Source: Oikopleura dioica
Lineage: Eukaryota; Animalia; Chordata
DNA length: 64,000 nt
Direction: 5' to 3'
NCBI GenBank assembly: GCA_907165135.1
Contig: OU015566.1
Span: 9,300,001-9,364,000, forward strand
Shown here: positions 47,801-59,568 of the stretch, piece by piece
Layout: each line of letters opens with the position of its first letter
Position numbering within the stretch: the stretch's first letter is position 1
Program-made: the position numbers and the translations under genes
Notes under the pieces: model-generated
Databases searched by the model: none
The model's input: the letters and a program-made list of their open reading frames with translations, nothing else
Told to the model about the DNA's origin: nothing

Positions 47801-48568
47801 TCCAGGAGGTCCTCCGGCATCAAGTGGCCGAATACGGCAATCACCAGCCAATCCAGGCTTTATATTTTGTTTGTGTCTTTATTTTTAAATACTGGTCTTC
47901 CAGCAGCTTGTCTTCCAGCAGAGGGGTCCTCCGGGAGGTCCTCCGGCACAAAGTGGCCGAAGTTGACCTTAAGTGTTTTTAAACGTCGAGGACGAAAAGG
48001 ATGTAGTAGTTAGAAGCCTATCCTTAATTTCCGGCATTTTTGCCATTTTTCGCTGGTTTCCGGTACTTTCCGACAGTCTTTACTAAGAAAAAATGGGTAC
48101 CAAGACCATTTTTTTTTGGTACCTACAGATAGCTCAGAGCCTGAGCTATTCATAAAGAAGAAAAAAAAAGACACTTTTCCGATGCGCACACCTTGCGCAG
48201 GCCAAAAAACCGATTTTGGTGCGATTTTCGGACTTTTGCAGGTCATTTCCGGTCACACAACAAAGGTTTTTCAAAAAGTCTTCAATATAAAAGTTGTTCA
48301 GCTTGAGCTGCTCTATCATCCTATCATGACAGATTTTGAAAAAAACAGCGATTTCGAGTTGGCCATTTTTTGCGGCTGGGCCCTACTCATAGTGAAGGAG
48401 TGGGAGAATATTAAAATATGCGAAAATGCTGTTGCCAATTTTCAAAAGAAAATGACCAAGTTGGAAAGTCTGATGTACTGCGAGCTGACAAACAGAGCGG
48501 CAATCAACAAAAATGAACACTTTCAAATGATTAGAATTTATCAAAACTTCCAAAAAGTTTTTAACTGA
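41866..48568 (+). CDS. Uncharacterised protein, divergently transcribed from INTS5, whose main exon is interrupted by the foldback element
   Basis: Frame is open 42126-42721 (~200 codons) and, after removing element+TSD, continues in the same frame: KLIV-KEWENIKICEN...QKVFN* (stop 48566-68). First exon ~41866 is uncertain. Confidence 0.6.
43141..43500 (+). repeat. ~2.7 copies of a 129-bp tandem repeat in the left arm
   Basis: Recurrent ggaggacctcc(c/t)ggaggacccctctgctggaagacaa; the antisense ORF repeats a 43-codon unit. Confidence 0.85.
43631..46140 (+). repeat. 57-bp tandem satellite array, ~44 copies (left arm)
   Basis: Consensus cgcccgcttattcttttcaatcagagtcagggcgaagccgacccgaaggggaggcca (57 nt), matching the 19-aa periodicity of the spurious ORFs. 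Confidence 0.95.
46441..47460 (-). repeat. Same 57-bp satellite, inverted, ~18 copies (right arm)
   Basis: Reverse-complement units gattgaaaagaataagcgggcgtggcctccccttcgggtcggcttcgccctgactct. Confidence 0.95.
47600..47965 (-). repeat. Inverted copy of the 129-bp tandem repeat (right arm)
   Basis: Mirror image of 43141-43500. Confidence 0.85.
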
Positions 48569-48724
48569 CAAAACTCAAATAAAAACGATAAATTATAATT
48601 TATAAAAAAATCATTCGCTTAACGAATTCGGTTAAAGTGATCAGAAAAATTTCATTTGCAAACTTATAAAATAGCTAAAAAAAGATATATTTACAAAAAG
48701 GTATTTACACCAATGTATTTTCTT

Positions 48725-49783
48725 TCAAAGAAGGGTGCAGAGAACAACAAGAGCATATAAATATGTTTTTACTTTTATTATCGAAGAGTCACTCGTGCTG
48801 TTGAACGCTTGAGATCGTTTTGTTCTGATAGATTCCTCCAACTGATCTAAAAATTACCATAATTTTCATAATGAAACCTCGAAAAATTCCTACCCTGCCA
48901 TTCCTCGTAGAGAAATCCCTCGTAGGGCGTGTAGTTCTTCGCAAGATCAGTATTACACTTATCATCAGCGCAGCAATAAACTCTTGAGAATGAGCAGCCA
49001 GTCTTGCAAGCAAACTTTTTTAGATCTTCGTTTTTGTCGATCAAATCTTTTCCCGTACAGATTGGGTTGCATCCTGGAATCAATGAATATTAACAGCTAC
49101 TTCTTTCGAAAGCATCAAACCTGAAATAAGCGGGACGTGCGCGATGCCGGTTATTTTCAATGTGAAGCTGCCGTTTTTTCGTTTTTCATCCTCTCCGTAT
49201 TGACCGCTTAGGAACACTTTTTGAATGAATCGCTAGAATAACCTTTACCTGCAAGAGCTCGGTCGAAATTTCGTCGTCGAATCTCGAACTGGATTTGTTT
49301 GGTTGAATTCTACACAGCCTTTCATCGTGTAAAGCTTCTTTGCGCATTTCCTCTCGTGGCAAGGATAGCCTTCTTCGTTGAGATCTTCATCTCTAGGTTG
49401 CCAGTGGGCGATGTCGATGCAGTGGCCGGCGCGGACTTTACAGTAATATTTATCTTCCGTTTTGTTGTAGAACGAGGTGTACGCTTTGAAGGAACGTTTA
49501 ATTGGGTCCGGGTAGAGTTCTTCGAGTTCTTCTTTTCTGAAAAAGAGGTTGAAAAAGTGAGTAATCCGCCGTTACCTTTGATCAGAGATAAAGAGGGTCT
49601 ATTATTTTACCTTGGATAGGGACATCCAGCTGTTTTGTTGATATCAACTCTTCCTGTAAATTGATTTACTGCCGAGTTAAGTGAACACTCGCAAGTCACA
49701 ACATAATCCGGAGGTTCAACTCTGCTTCCAATTTCAGTTTGCGCCAAAGTTCCAACAGCGAAAAGAAAAAGTTTCAAGCTCAT
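48725..49783 (-). CDS. Secreted, probably GPI-anchored Cys-rich protein with a Ly6/uPAR (three-finger)-like CCxxxxCN end
   Basis: Signal peptide MSLKLFLFAVGTLA, many Cys, ...CKTGCSFSRVYCCADDKCN, and a terminal exon ending NSTSDSSIIKVKTYLYALVVLCTLL* (hydrophobic tail) after a 47-nt intron. Confidence 0.6.
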
Positions 49784-50548
49784 TTCACCTTCTCTTTTGA
49801 AAAATTCTCGTTCAATAATAATTGCCAGCGATTACAGTTGCCTCTCAACGCGACTGAGTAAGTCGCTACTTATTTTCGCTCGCTGGCCGGAGAGCTAAAT
49901 GAAATCGACGAGCGCGTCTACTCCCGTCTTCTAAATTAACTTATGACAGAAAGAGTTTGCGCGTTGAGCACGGACGCGAAGGATGAATTCACTTACCTTC
50001 TGATAAAGCTGTGTTGGAAATCCCCTGGGGAGAGTTTAGTAAATGGCATTCATTAAAGAGTGATTAAGACAGATTGATTCGCTCTCAATTTTTATGACGA
50101 GTAGTACTTTCGAGCTCTAATTAGAAATTAACTAATTAACGGCTGATGAAAATATCATAGATAACTAAAGGTTTAGCTAAAAAATAAACGATGACTTTAC
50201 TATCTGTCCTCTCAGATCGTCCCCTCTGCTACTGTAGTGAACAACAGGTGGCGAAGCATTTGTCCTCCTCCATTATTCCTTCTTTGTCCGAATCAATGCT
50301 CGTTCCATTTCTTTCCGAATAGCAAAATCAATACCAATTAGCGAAGTCATTCTTCATTTTCATCCAAGTGCTTTTACAAATATGATGAATATCTCTCTGA
50401 CGATAGATCTACTACCACTGCGAGCTTTTGTTTTATTTATTAAAATCAATATCTTGTAAATACAATTTCTGTGCAGTCAAATGATAATTTACTAGTTTAC
50501 TAGTTAGCTTCCTAGACATGTGATAGTTTGTAGGCCTCTCTTTTCTTT

Positions 50549-53500
50549 TCAGCTTTGGCTTCCACTATCCGAAAAGAAAAATCCACCATTATCGGATCTG
50601 AAGAGAGCCTTCTGAAGCTCGTTAATAATTAAATAGCTCACCTGTATCCCGTGCTTCCTGTATTAGAGTAGGAGCCATTTTCGCTACTTGCTGAGCTACT
50701 GTAGCTGTCCATTGTAAACGGGTCGCTAGAAGTACCGGAAGAGTCAATAAGAGGCGTGCCGACAGAGCGCTCGCAAACTGCACATCTAGACACTTTCTCC
50801 CGAAGTTGCCCGCTTTCAAATTCCTCAGGCCGAGGCCCACTTAAATCATAAACAATAAACCCAACAATAGTATTTCTAACCGGAAGTCGTCGGAAAAAAC
50901 ATTGGCTAGCCAAACAGAGTCTGCAGAATCTTCAAAGCAATCACCATCAGTCGCACAGGTCAACAACGGACTTGGTCTAAAAATATCCTTGCATTCACTC
51001 ATCCTTTTATTTTTATTACCGGAAGTCTTCAATGCATGAACCAGTCGACTCAGAGTTAAGGATGCCATTCGATGCAAAACTATATCCGATCCATGCTTCG
51101 TTCCAGCCATTTGGACATCGAGGGAGCTTAGAAACCCGGTAGAAGAAATTTCGACAAAAATATAAATACCTGATCGGTTTGAGAATGGAGAGTAATGACA
51201 GCAGCCTGGACTTCGCAAACAGAGCATCTACTGATGAACGCTTTTACATCACAAACTAGACCAACTATTATTTTTTGAACTAAAATTTCCCGAATCACCT
51301 GGATTCGATCCTTTTGGTGGAGCATCCCCAATGCCAAGCCAAGAGGTGAATTTGGTCATTGACTTGCAAGAACCCTTTCGGCAAGATTTCGCTGGTTCCA
51401 AGGAAACATTTGGAAGACAAGAACCACTTCCTCCTGAAAAATTAATAACATTAATTATAAACATACTTTTATAAAAAAAATACCCATATCTTGAGCAACA
51501 TCGCCAGCTGGTGTTCGAATTCCCGCAAGAGAGTATCCATCCCAGAGTTTCATAGAACCAGCTGGACATTTTGGAACAAATGTGCTCTGGCTATGACGAG
51601 TAACAACGAAACCAGCGACGTTTCCCGCATGACCACGAGGCCCGTCGATTCCAGGTTTTCCAGGCTCACCAGCTCGACCGGGAGGTCCATCAGTTCCATC
51701 TTCTCCAGGCTCGCCTGGTTCGCCGGGGTGTCCGATCGGTCCGGGAGGACCGCGCTCTCCTTTTTCGCCAGGGGTACCTGTTGATTTATCCCCAGATGAT
51801 GACAGAACTCGGCCAGGAGGCCCAGGAGGTCCAGGAAGACCATCTTGTCCATCATAACCTCTCGGTCCAGTAGAGCCCTTTTGCCCAGGCTGCCCGGGCT
51901 TACCAGTTTCACCGGGGAGTCCATTAGCACCAGGCGCGCCAGGAAGACCATCAGCACCAGCAGGACCAGCGGGTCCCATCGGACCAGGAGGGCCATTTTT
52001 GCCAGGTTCACCAGGCTCGCCGGGAGTTCCGGGGGCTCCGTTTTCGCCGGATCTGCCAGGAACACCAGGATTACCAGCTTCTCCAGCATCACCACACGGA
52101 CCAGCAGGTCCCGCAGGACCTGGCTTACCAGGTCGACCGGGAGGACCTTGATCTCCTTTCAGTTGCTCTCCAGGTAGACCTTGGGGTCCTGGGGGTCCCG
52201 ACATACCAGGTTCACCTTTTGGACCTTGTGGACCTCGAGATCCTTTGTTGAGAGTAACACCAGGCTTTCCATCTTTGCCAGGGAATCCAGGTTCACCCTT
52301 TTCTCCTTTTGCTCCATGCTCGCCAGGAATACCGACGCCAGGTTTTCCAGCTTCACCTTGTGGTCCAGGAATTCCCGGTCTACCTTGCTCGCCTGGGCTT
52401 CCTTGTGGACCTTTGATACCTTCTTTTCCGGGTGGTCCAGCGATACCACGCTCTCCTTTTGCACCAGGAATTCCAACTTCACCATCAAGACCACGGGGTC
52501 CTGGAGCACCCTGTTCTCCCTTTGCTCCAGATTCACCAGGTTGACCAGCGTCACCTGGATTACCAGCTTTTCCGGGCTCTCCTGTTCGACCAGGAACACC
52601 TGGATAACCATCTTTGCCATCCTTGCCGGGCTCACCAGGCTTTCCATCTTCTCCGGGAAGACCAGAATTTCCTTTAGGTCCCGCCACAGTACTTGTTTTT
52701 CCTTGAGGACCCATCGGTCCAGGAACACCAATTGGTCCTTCTGGTCCAGGGCTGCCAGGCTCGCCGATATCTCCTCGCTTGCCTTCGTTTCCTTTTGGAC
52801 CATCTTCACCAGGAATTCCTTGTGGACCTTGAGGGCCTTGCTCACCTTGAGGCCCGGGTCTGCCGACTTCACCACGCGGGCCAGGAGAGCCAGGAAGACC
52901 CATTGGGCCAGGAGGGCCTTGAGGTCCTTGATCACCATCAAGTCCGGGTTCGCCTCTTGGACCAACTTCACCAGGGACACCTTTCGCACCCTTTGGTCCG
53001 GAAATAGCACCAAGCATTTCACGCATTCTTTCACGATCAGATTCGCCCATTCTCCAAGATGCACCCTTTTCTCCACACTCTCCCTTTTGGCCTTGTTCAC
53101 CTTGAGGACCCACTTCTCCTTTGGTACCAGCGGGACCATCTTCACCAGGAATACCATCTTTGCCAGGGCGCCCGGGAGTTCCAGGAGCACCAGGTTTTCC
53201 AGTTTTACCCTGATGACCTCTTTCACCTTTAGGACCGGTTTCGCCATCTCGCCCATCTTTGCCTGCCGCACCTCTAGGACCCATTGGTCCAGGCTGACCT
53301 CGTGGTCCTTGTTTACCGTTTTCTCCAGGTAGACCATCAGCTCCTGGCAAACCACGTGGCCCAACAACAGTTTCACCTTTGATGCCAGGCTCACCTTGAG
53401 GACCTTGCGGCCCTTGTTCACCAGGAATGCCATCAACACCTTTGTTTCCTTTAGCACCTGGATATCCAATTTTTGCTTGGCCAGGCTGCCCGGGCGCTCC

Positions 53501-56011
53501 TTTTTGTCCTGGTTCACCAGAAGGCCCGATGTCACCCGGCTTTCCTGTAGCACCGCGAGGACCCATTTCACCAGGTGGTCCAGACATGCCAGGCTTGCCA
53601 GATTCTCCCGGTACTCCAGGAGTGCCCGGTTTACCAGGGACACCTGGTAATCCCCTTGTGGACTTACCAGCTTCACCTTTGGGACCTTGAGGACCAGTAT
53701 TTCCTTTAGGACCTTGTTCGCCATTCCTTCCAGGGACACCTTGAGGACCTTCTTGCCCAGGAGGACCACGTTCTCCCTGTGGACCTTGAGGTCCAGGAAC
53801 TGAGTCACCTGGTGGTCCGGTTGGACCGTGTAAACCTCGGGGTCCAGTTTCTCCGGGAAGACCGTCTTGACCATTAAGACCATCAGCTCCAGGCTTTCCA
53901 TTTTCGCCACGAAGACCTGGTGGACCAGAGGGTCCTCGTTGTCCAGGAGCACCGATGATGCTCTTCATGTCAACGACAACCGATTCTCCTTTCTGTCCAC
54001 GTCGACCTTGTTCACCAGGAAGACCAGTTGATCCTTTTTCTCCCTTCTGACCAGCTGGTCCAGGGATTGATTCTCCAGGAACGCCGGGCGGACCAATTTC
54101 TCCTCGCTCGCCGGGAGGTCCTCGTGGACCATCAGAACCATCTCGTCCTGGTGATCCAGGTTCTCCCATTTGTCCTGGTTGTCCATTTTCACCGTTTCTT
54201 CCTGGTTCACCTGCTGGTCCATTCTCACCAGGGATACCAGGCTCTCCATCAAGGCCAGGCTCGCCCTTTGCGCCTTTAATGGTAGTGACGATTGCTTCAC
54301 CAGGTTGACCTTTATCACCGCACTCACCAGGTTCACCAGGGGGACCTTGTTGTCCAGGAGTACCAGCTTTACCTTCAGGACCTACTGGACCAGGCTTACC
54401 GATCGGACCAGATCGACCTGTTCGTCCAGGCATTCCAGCTTCACCATCTTGACCATCTCTACCAGGGAGACCACTAGTTCCTTTTGGTCCTGGCTTGCAA
54501 ACTCCACAAGATTCTCCATCTTGCCCGGGCACTCCAGGCAAACCAGTATTTCCTTTAGCACCAGGAGCGCCAGCTGGGCCAGGAGCTCCAGGATTACCAG
54601 GTAAACCAGTTTTGAATCGAACATCAGTTTCGTCAATTGTCGCATCAGCTCCATCCAAACCTGGTTTTCCAGGGTTTCCTGGTATTCCAGGAGGTCCATT
54701 CTCTCCAGGAAGACCAGGTTCTCCTTTTGGTCCGACGATAGTTTCTCCTCGCTGACCATTCTTTCCAGGAGTACCCGGAGCTCCAGCAACACCTCTTGGG
54801 CCAGGGCTTCCTCGGGGACCTGGTAGTCCTGCTGCGCCAGGAGCACCAGGAATACTCGCTCCGGAAGGACCTTGAGGGCCAGCTTCACCGGGTACACCAG
54901 GCTGACCATCTTTTCCATTTCTTCCCGCTTCGCCCGGAAGTCCGGGCATACCAGCAGTACCCTTTTCACCAGCTGGACCATCAGCGCCAGGTCGTCCCGA
55001 AACACCAGGAGAACCGGGACTGCCGGGCATACCGGGAGCTCCGATACCTCCAGGAGAGCCCTTCTCACCCTTTGATCCAGTTCTTCCATCTTCTCCTGGT
55101 ACACCTGGTGGGCCGCGCTCACCAGTCTCGCCAGGAGGTCCAATTCTTCCTGGCTCGCCAGGTTTACCAATTTTGGATCCAGGAGGACCCTGTCTACCAG
55201 TCTCTCCTTTTTCTCCTTTGGGTCCACAGGGACCAGGCTCTCCTGTGAAACCAGGTTGTCCAGGATCACCAGGTTCACCCTTCATACCTTTCATCAGCAA
55301 TTGATCTGGACCTAGCCACGCTGGAAGTGCTGACATTCCTTTTTCACCTTTTTGGCCCTTAACGCTAAGCCCAGGTCGACCACGCTCTCCAGGTAACCCA
55401 GGCTCACCAGATTTCCCTTTTTCTCCGGGTTCACCAGGCTCACCAGATGGTCCGCATTCTCCAGTGTATCCTTGAGGGCCAGGTGCTCCAGGCGTTCCAG
55501 GGGGACCAGGAGGACCAGTGAGTTTTGAAAGGTCAACATTTACACTTCCGGGCTCTCCCTTTGCTCCAAAATTTCCAGGCGCGCCGGTGGCTCCTCTTAA
55601 CCCAGGGACACCTTGAGGTCCGGGAGGGCCAGTATCTCCTTTTGTTCCGTTACACCCAGGGCGTCCAGGAAGACCAGGCGATCCAAGTTGTCCATCCAAA
55701 CCTGGAATACCGGGTGGACCAGGAGAACCAGGCCTACCAGGAAGACCAGCATTACCTTTTGGCCCCATAGGTCCAGGAAAACCGCGTTCACCAGGAGGTC
55801 CAGTTGGACCCGCAGGACCATGAGCGCCAACACTCCCTGGTAAACCAGCGGGACCAGCAATACCGGGCGTTCCCGCTTGACCTGGAGATCCACGGGAGCT
55901 TTGACATTTCACACTTCTTGGTCGCCGGGTATAGAATTCTCGTCGAGGACTCTTTTGTGTTGCAGCCAATAATGACTGTATAAAGAAGAGTGATACCAAC
56001 AACCTCTTCAT
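50549..56011 (-). CDS. COL4A: Collagen type IV alpha chain: signal peptide, 7S region, interrupted Gly-X-Y domain, divergent NC1 and a Ser-rich tail
   Basis: [11 protein letters not shown] in the 7S region, ~1450 aa of interrupted Gly-X-Y, NC1 motifs TRHSQ...P.CP.G...[24 protein letters not shown]...CPNGW...[22 protein letters not shown]. Five short introns, all in NC1 and the tail. Confidence 0.93.
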
Positions 56012-56154
56012 ATTTCTTTGTAATGGCTCAAAACTAAGCGGGATAGAGTTGAAAAATTTGATTTTCGAGCCTCAACCTTTTTTGATGATTTACTCAGGCT
56101 ATCATTCAGTTTTCTTTATATAAACATAACCTTCTTGCTCTCTTTTGAAAATCT

Positions 56155-56545
56155 CTAGGTCAAAACTGCCAAGGACTTTGAATAACTTCACGATGCGGCG
56201 GGGCGTCCGAATTACGATCAAAGTCGAAGGTGCTTTGAAATGAAACTTGTAAAAATGAAATAATTACGATGAACACAAGGGAAGGCGGCTTTTATGGTCC
56301 CATCGATGGTCCAAAAGGTATACTAGACAACAATAATATTGGGTAATCGCCAACAGCTTCTCTCTATAAGTTTAATATCGAAAATTTTGAGTTTTGAATT
56401 CACGCGTCAAGTCAACGGATTTAATTCTAATCCCTTCCAAAATATCCTCGAGGAAGAATGTGCAAAATACCACTAGAATCATCCACAGATCATATTTATG
56501 TAATTTTCACAAATCTGCGCTCTTTACAACCGGTAGTGAAGCCAT
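56155..56545 (-). CDS. Possible small multi-exon gene upstream of the collagen
   Basis: ATG-initiated MASLPVVKSAD|...GILHILPRGYFG with plausible short introns; no consistent full model obtained. Confidence 0.2.
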
Positions 56546-56658
56546 AACTGACTGCTAAAAATATCTATTATCTACTTATCGAAGCAGATGTGAGTTTGAC
56601 CTTTCCCACTTCGCACGGATTATCCGACTCTTCACCCAAACATATCTTCTTTGAAAAT

Positions 56659-59568
56659 ATGCTGGAAATATATATTCTTTATTTTTCCTTAGTATTTTTA
56701 AGAGAATCATCTGCAGAATGGAGCAGCTGGAGTCCTTGCGCGAAAACTTGTGGGCCTACATACAGGATATTGTACTTAACAATATGATCATCATATTATG
56801 CTCTTAGTGAAAAAGGCTTTATATCAATTTAAAAGATTTCGTCAATGGGAAGACTCCCATGATGAGAGCACTTCTGATATACAAAATGAGTACGAATATT
56901 GCTTGGGATTAAAAAATTGTGAATTTTCTTCGAAGCCAAATGAGTTCTGTATTAATCCTCTTCAAAGTTAAGGGTTTAGGCAATTCATGAAAATATCAAA
57001 ATAAAATACTTATTGATTGCTTTGAAAGAACAAGATTATCCGGAAGTTGTCAAATTTCTTGCGACAATAATGATGACTCGCGAGTTTCAATGACTTCAGT
57101 TGATGGAACACCCTGCAATAGACTTTGGCAATCTGGGAAACAGGAGTTGATTTCTTTTGCCTTTTTTTGTTTATTTCAGCTTTGAAAGTCCTCAAAACAG
57201 AATATGCATTTCCGGAATATGCATGATCCTCGGCTGTGATGGAAAGCTGACAAAAGAGAAGAAACAAGGATATTGTGGATCTTGTCGTTCACGTGATCGT
57301 TCGGCCTGCTTTGTTACATCTTCGGAGAGAATATTGAGTGGATGCGAGCAGTTCTCCTTGTTGATTCCGCCGGTGCCCAAGAAGTCTTACGACTTTTTAT
57401 TGATATACGGATTTCAACAGAATTACGTGTACTCAAACCAATATAATCAGGTTTTTACAGGTTGTTGATGATTTTAACTACACTTGTGCCGGTTTAAGCG
57501 AGTCTAAACATCTAGATTGACTCTGTTGAAATCCTTTCGGGACCGTTTCACCGGCAAATTTAGCGATTGAATTCACAAGCCCTGCCACTGGAAGTGTTAG
57601 TCTCTTCGACAGCATGGAATTTTCAGCTAGCTCTACAAATATTTTTTATCGACAAAATTACAAAAGTCAAATTCTCTCCTGGAAGACTTGGATTAATTCT
57701 GATGCATATTTTTCCTGCTTGAGTAAATACGAAGGAAGAATTTCACTGAAGTGGGAATTTAAAACTCTCAATAAAACGGAGTATTCGTTTCCAAAAATTG
57801 ACGACGGATTCTTTGATAATTTTATACCTGAATTTACGCTAGGTAATTACACTCACAAATGTGATTCAATTGAATCTAAAAGTTAGTTCATTCGATGATA
57901 TTTTTTATAAGGCCCACTTGGTGGCGCTGCACTTGCGGAAGATACTGCTCTTATGGAAAGTCGTAGACATAGAAGACGACATAAGAATGGTAATTATTTA
58001 ATTTCAGATTTCTCAAAGACTGTAGTTTGACAGACTATCCAGTTGTTTATTCTGAGATGATTTGAAACGGTTTATTTTCGTCATTTCAGAACATAAAAAT
58101 CGCCACGAAAAATACCACTGGCAAGTCTCTGAGAGAATTCCTTGTGCAGCAACTTGTGGCTCATCGATCACAACAGCCAAAGTAGCCTGTGTCGATTTGT
58201 TTGGAAAAGAGTCGGATTACAGTAACTGCAATTTGGACATGATGCCTGACATTGTGCCAAGAATCTGCGCTGATACTCCGGATTCGGTCAAATTTCAAAG
58301 TCTCAGTTATTTGAAATTCTCAATCAATGACCGCGTAAAAGTGTGAGCCGCGTTGGGAAACGACAAGTTGGTCGGAGTGTACGACGTCTTGTGGCCAGGG
58401 CTTTCAGGTAGTGGTCGCTAAGAGTTCCTCGGAGGGACAAATGGACAGAGTGACCGCGAAAAAAGTCGCGAATGGCGCACTGTTGGTTAAAAATTGAGGC
58501 CGGAGTGGATTCCACTGTCATGCCAGAAAAGTGCCGCGATGAATTAAGACCCGAGACGATGAAGAAGTGCGAGAATCAACCCTGTTCTTCACCATGGATG
58601 ACGTCCGAGTGGTCCTCTTGTTCGGCGGAGTGCGGCTCAACGTCTGTCAGAATCCGTCACGTGGAATGTCGGTCTTCTTTCTGCCTCGGTGAAATGCCAG
58701 CAACGCATGAGATCTGCACACATGAATGCACTTATAAATGGCAGCGCTTCCCGTGGAGCCAGGTTTGGATTAAAAATGGCACCATATTGTAATTGATCAA
58801 AAGTGTTCGGATAAATGCGGCGGAAGAACATATAGAACCGTAATTTGTCTGTCTTCAGAAGGGCAGCAAGTAGCGGATAGGTGAGATCATTCATCTTTTG
58901 AATAATTCATCTTACAATGTCAGTTTTTGCACGGATAAGAAACCAAAGACAAGTCGAAGATGTGGTCGAAACTGCGCCCCGTTTTGGCAAGTTGGAGAGT
59001 GGTCCATATGCTCCCAGGAACGGAATACGGCAATACTGAATAATATAAAATATATGAATATATTCCAATGAAAGACATGTTCGACTGAAAATCAACAAGC
59101 AAAATCAAACAGGTCTGTCAAATGCGTTTCGACTGATCATCGTGGTCGCTTTCGTCCTGGAAGTGATTGTCCAGAACCACGGCCAGATAGAGAAAAGGAT
59201 TGTGACGTACCTATGTGCCCAATTAGCTGGATTTTTTCTCAATGGAGCAAGGTACAATTTCATAAATTGATATTTTGACAATTTAAAGTGTTCTGTATCG
59301 TGTGGAGTCGGAGTTTCGACGAGACAAGTGTCGTGCTCAGAAATTGGAAAATGCACTGGACCGACGCCAGATGTTTCAAAATCATGTGTGCTTCAAAGTT
59401 GTCCGCATATGAGGATAAATTGTGCGGATTTTCCTGGGATGAATTGTCCTGTTGTCAAAAGATATGGCTATTGCTCAAATCCTATTTTGAAGGTTAGCGC
59501 ATCTCACCTATTACAATTCAATTTCAATATAGGCGCGATGCTGCAATACCTGTTCAGAAAGAGTATGA
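56659..59568 (+). CDS. ADAMTS-like protein (signal peptide, TSP1, Cys-rich, spacer, multiple TSP1 repeats, PLAC); no metalloprotease domain seen
   Basis: MLEIYILYFSLVFLRESSA-EWSSWSPCAKTCG, CISGICMILGCDG, several W..CS..CG repeats, and C-terminal CADFPGMNCPVVKRYGYCSNPILKARCCNTC (PLAC). Confidence 0.85.

Larger units (their letters stand above)
42722..48385. mobile_element. 5664-bp non-autonomous foldback DNA transposon (hAT-like termini) with kilobase inverted arms
   Basis: Termini TAGGGCCCAGCCGC.../...GCGGCTGGGCCCTA with an 8-bp TSD CTCATAGT (42714-21, 48386-93). The outer ~900 bp of the arms are near-identical inverted copies, followed by inverted satellite arrays and a ~290-bp unique centre. 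No transposase ORF. Confidence 0.96.

Noticed and set aside
42722-48385. Foldback structure as a sequencing chimera
   Set aside because: It has an exact 8-bp TSD, unique flanks that rejoin into one ORF, unequal array lengths and point differences between arms.
51491-55893. Many overlapping ORFs on both strands of the collagen
   Set aside because: Shadow frames caused by Gly-X-Y codon periodicity.
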